A stretch of 57,541 bases of DNA, the filler included, from Catajapyx aquilonaris (lineage: Eukaryota): assembly GCA_000934665.2 (NCBI GenBank). It is 4 parts of 4 records of this genome, joined end to end, with 100 filler letters (N's around TTAATTAATTAA, not from the genome) between each part and the next. Parts side by side here need not be neighbours in the genome. Positions count along the whole stretch, not along the records: positions 43,246 to 57,541 come from JYFJ02007825.1; 3 more parts are not named here. The stretch is one strand, 5' to 3'. The notes under the pieces were generated by a model. It was given only the letters and a program-made list of their open reading frames with translations. It had not been told where the DNA came from and made no database searches. Made by a program: the position numbers and the translations under genes. Within the stretch, counting starts at the first letter, position 1, and each line of letters opens with the position of its first letter. Positions 57,289 to 57,541 of the stretch are shown in pieces.

Positions 57289-57541
57289 AATACATTTGTG
57301 ACTGTGTTCATTTCCTTAAGCTTAAACATGATAAACAGAAAATACAACAAAGTAACCCCACAAATTTTTTATTTTAGACACATTTTCACCCTTATAATGA
57401 TATATTATTTTATAATTAATTGTATGAAATTGATCATTTATCTATCTACTTGCCCAACTGCATGGTAATTCGCTCACCCTGAACATTTGCACCATAGATG
57501 AGCAGAAACCCACCAATGCGCGAAATTATTGAAGACACAAT

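Overview
Eukaryotic (animal, probably arthropod; inferred) genomic DNA made of four unrelated ~14.3 kb contigs joined by artificial 100-bp linkers (44N-TTAATTAATTAA-44N at 14313, 28729, 43146). Shared repeat families show all four come from one genome, but there is no synteny across the linkers. Each contig carries one spliced gene that I reconstructed by hand. (1) An orphan gene (8527-12654,+) with a recent 379-bp intragenic tandem duplication that copies a GC-AG intron in frame. (2) The 3' six exons of a CatSper-gamma (CATSPERG)-like sperm channel subunit (15378-27464,+), the most surprising gene given the arthropod-like context. (3) A complete pallidin/BLOC1S6 gene (34839-35615,+). (4) Ten exons of TMEM161 (46640-55862,-) with an 80-nt U12-type intron. 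The rest is a dense, nested mobilome: tRNA-derived SINEs with TSDs (several sharing a covarying two-hairpin core, one with a V-domain-like body), a decayed L2/CR1-group LINE, a mariner remnant, and many foldback/MITE DNA transposons. Two of these visibly arose by replacing one transposon end with an inverted copy of the other. There are also MER2/Tigger3-like elements and a P-type excision footprint. Most short ORFs in the supplied track are spurious. Family assignments rest on recalled motifs, not database searches.
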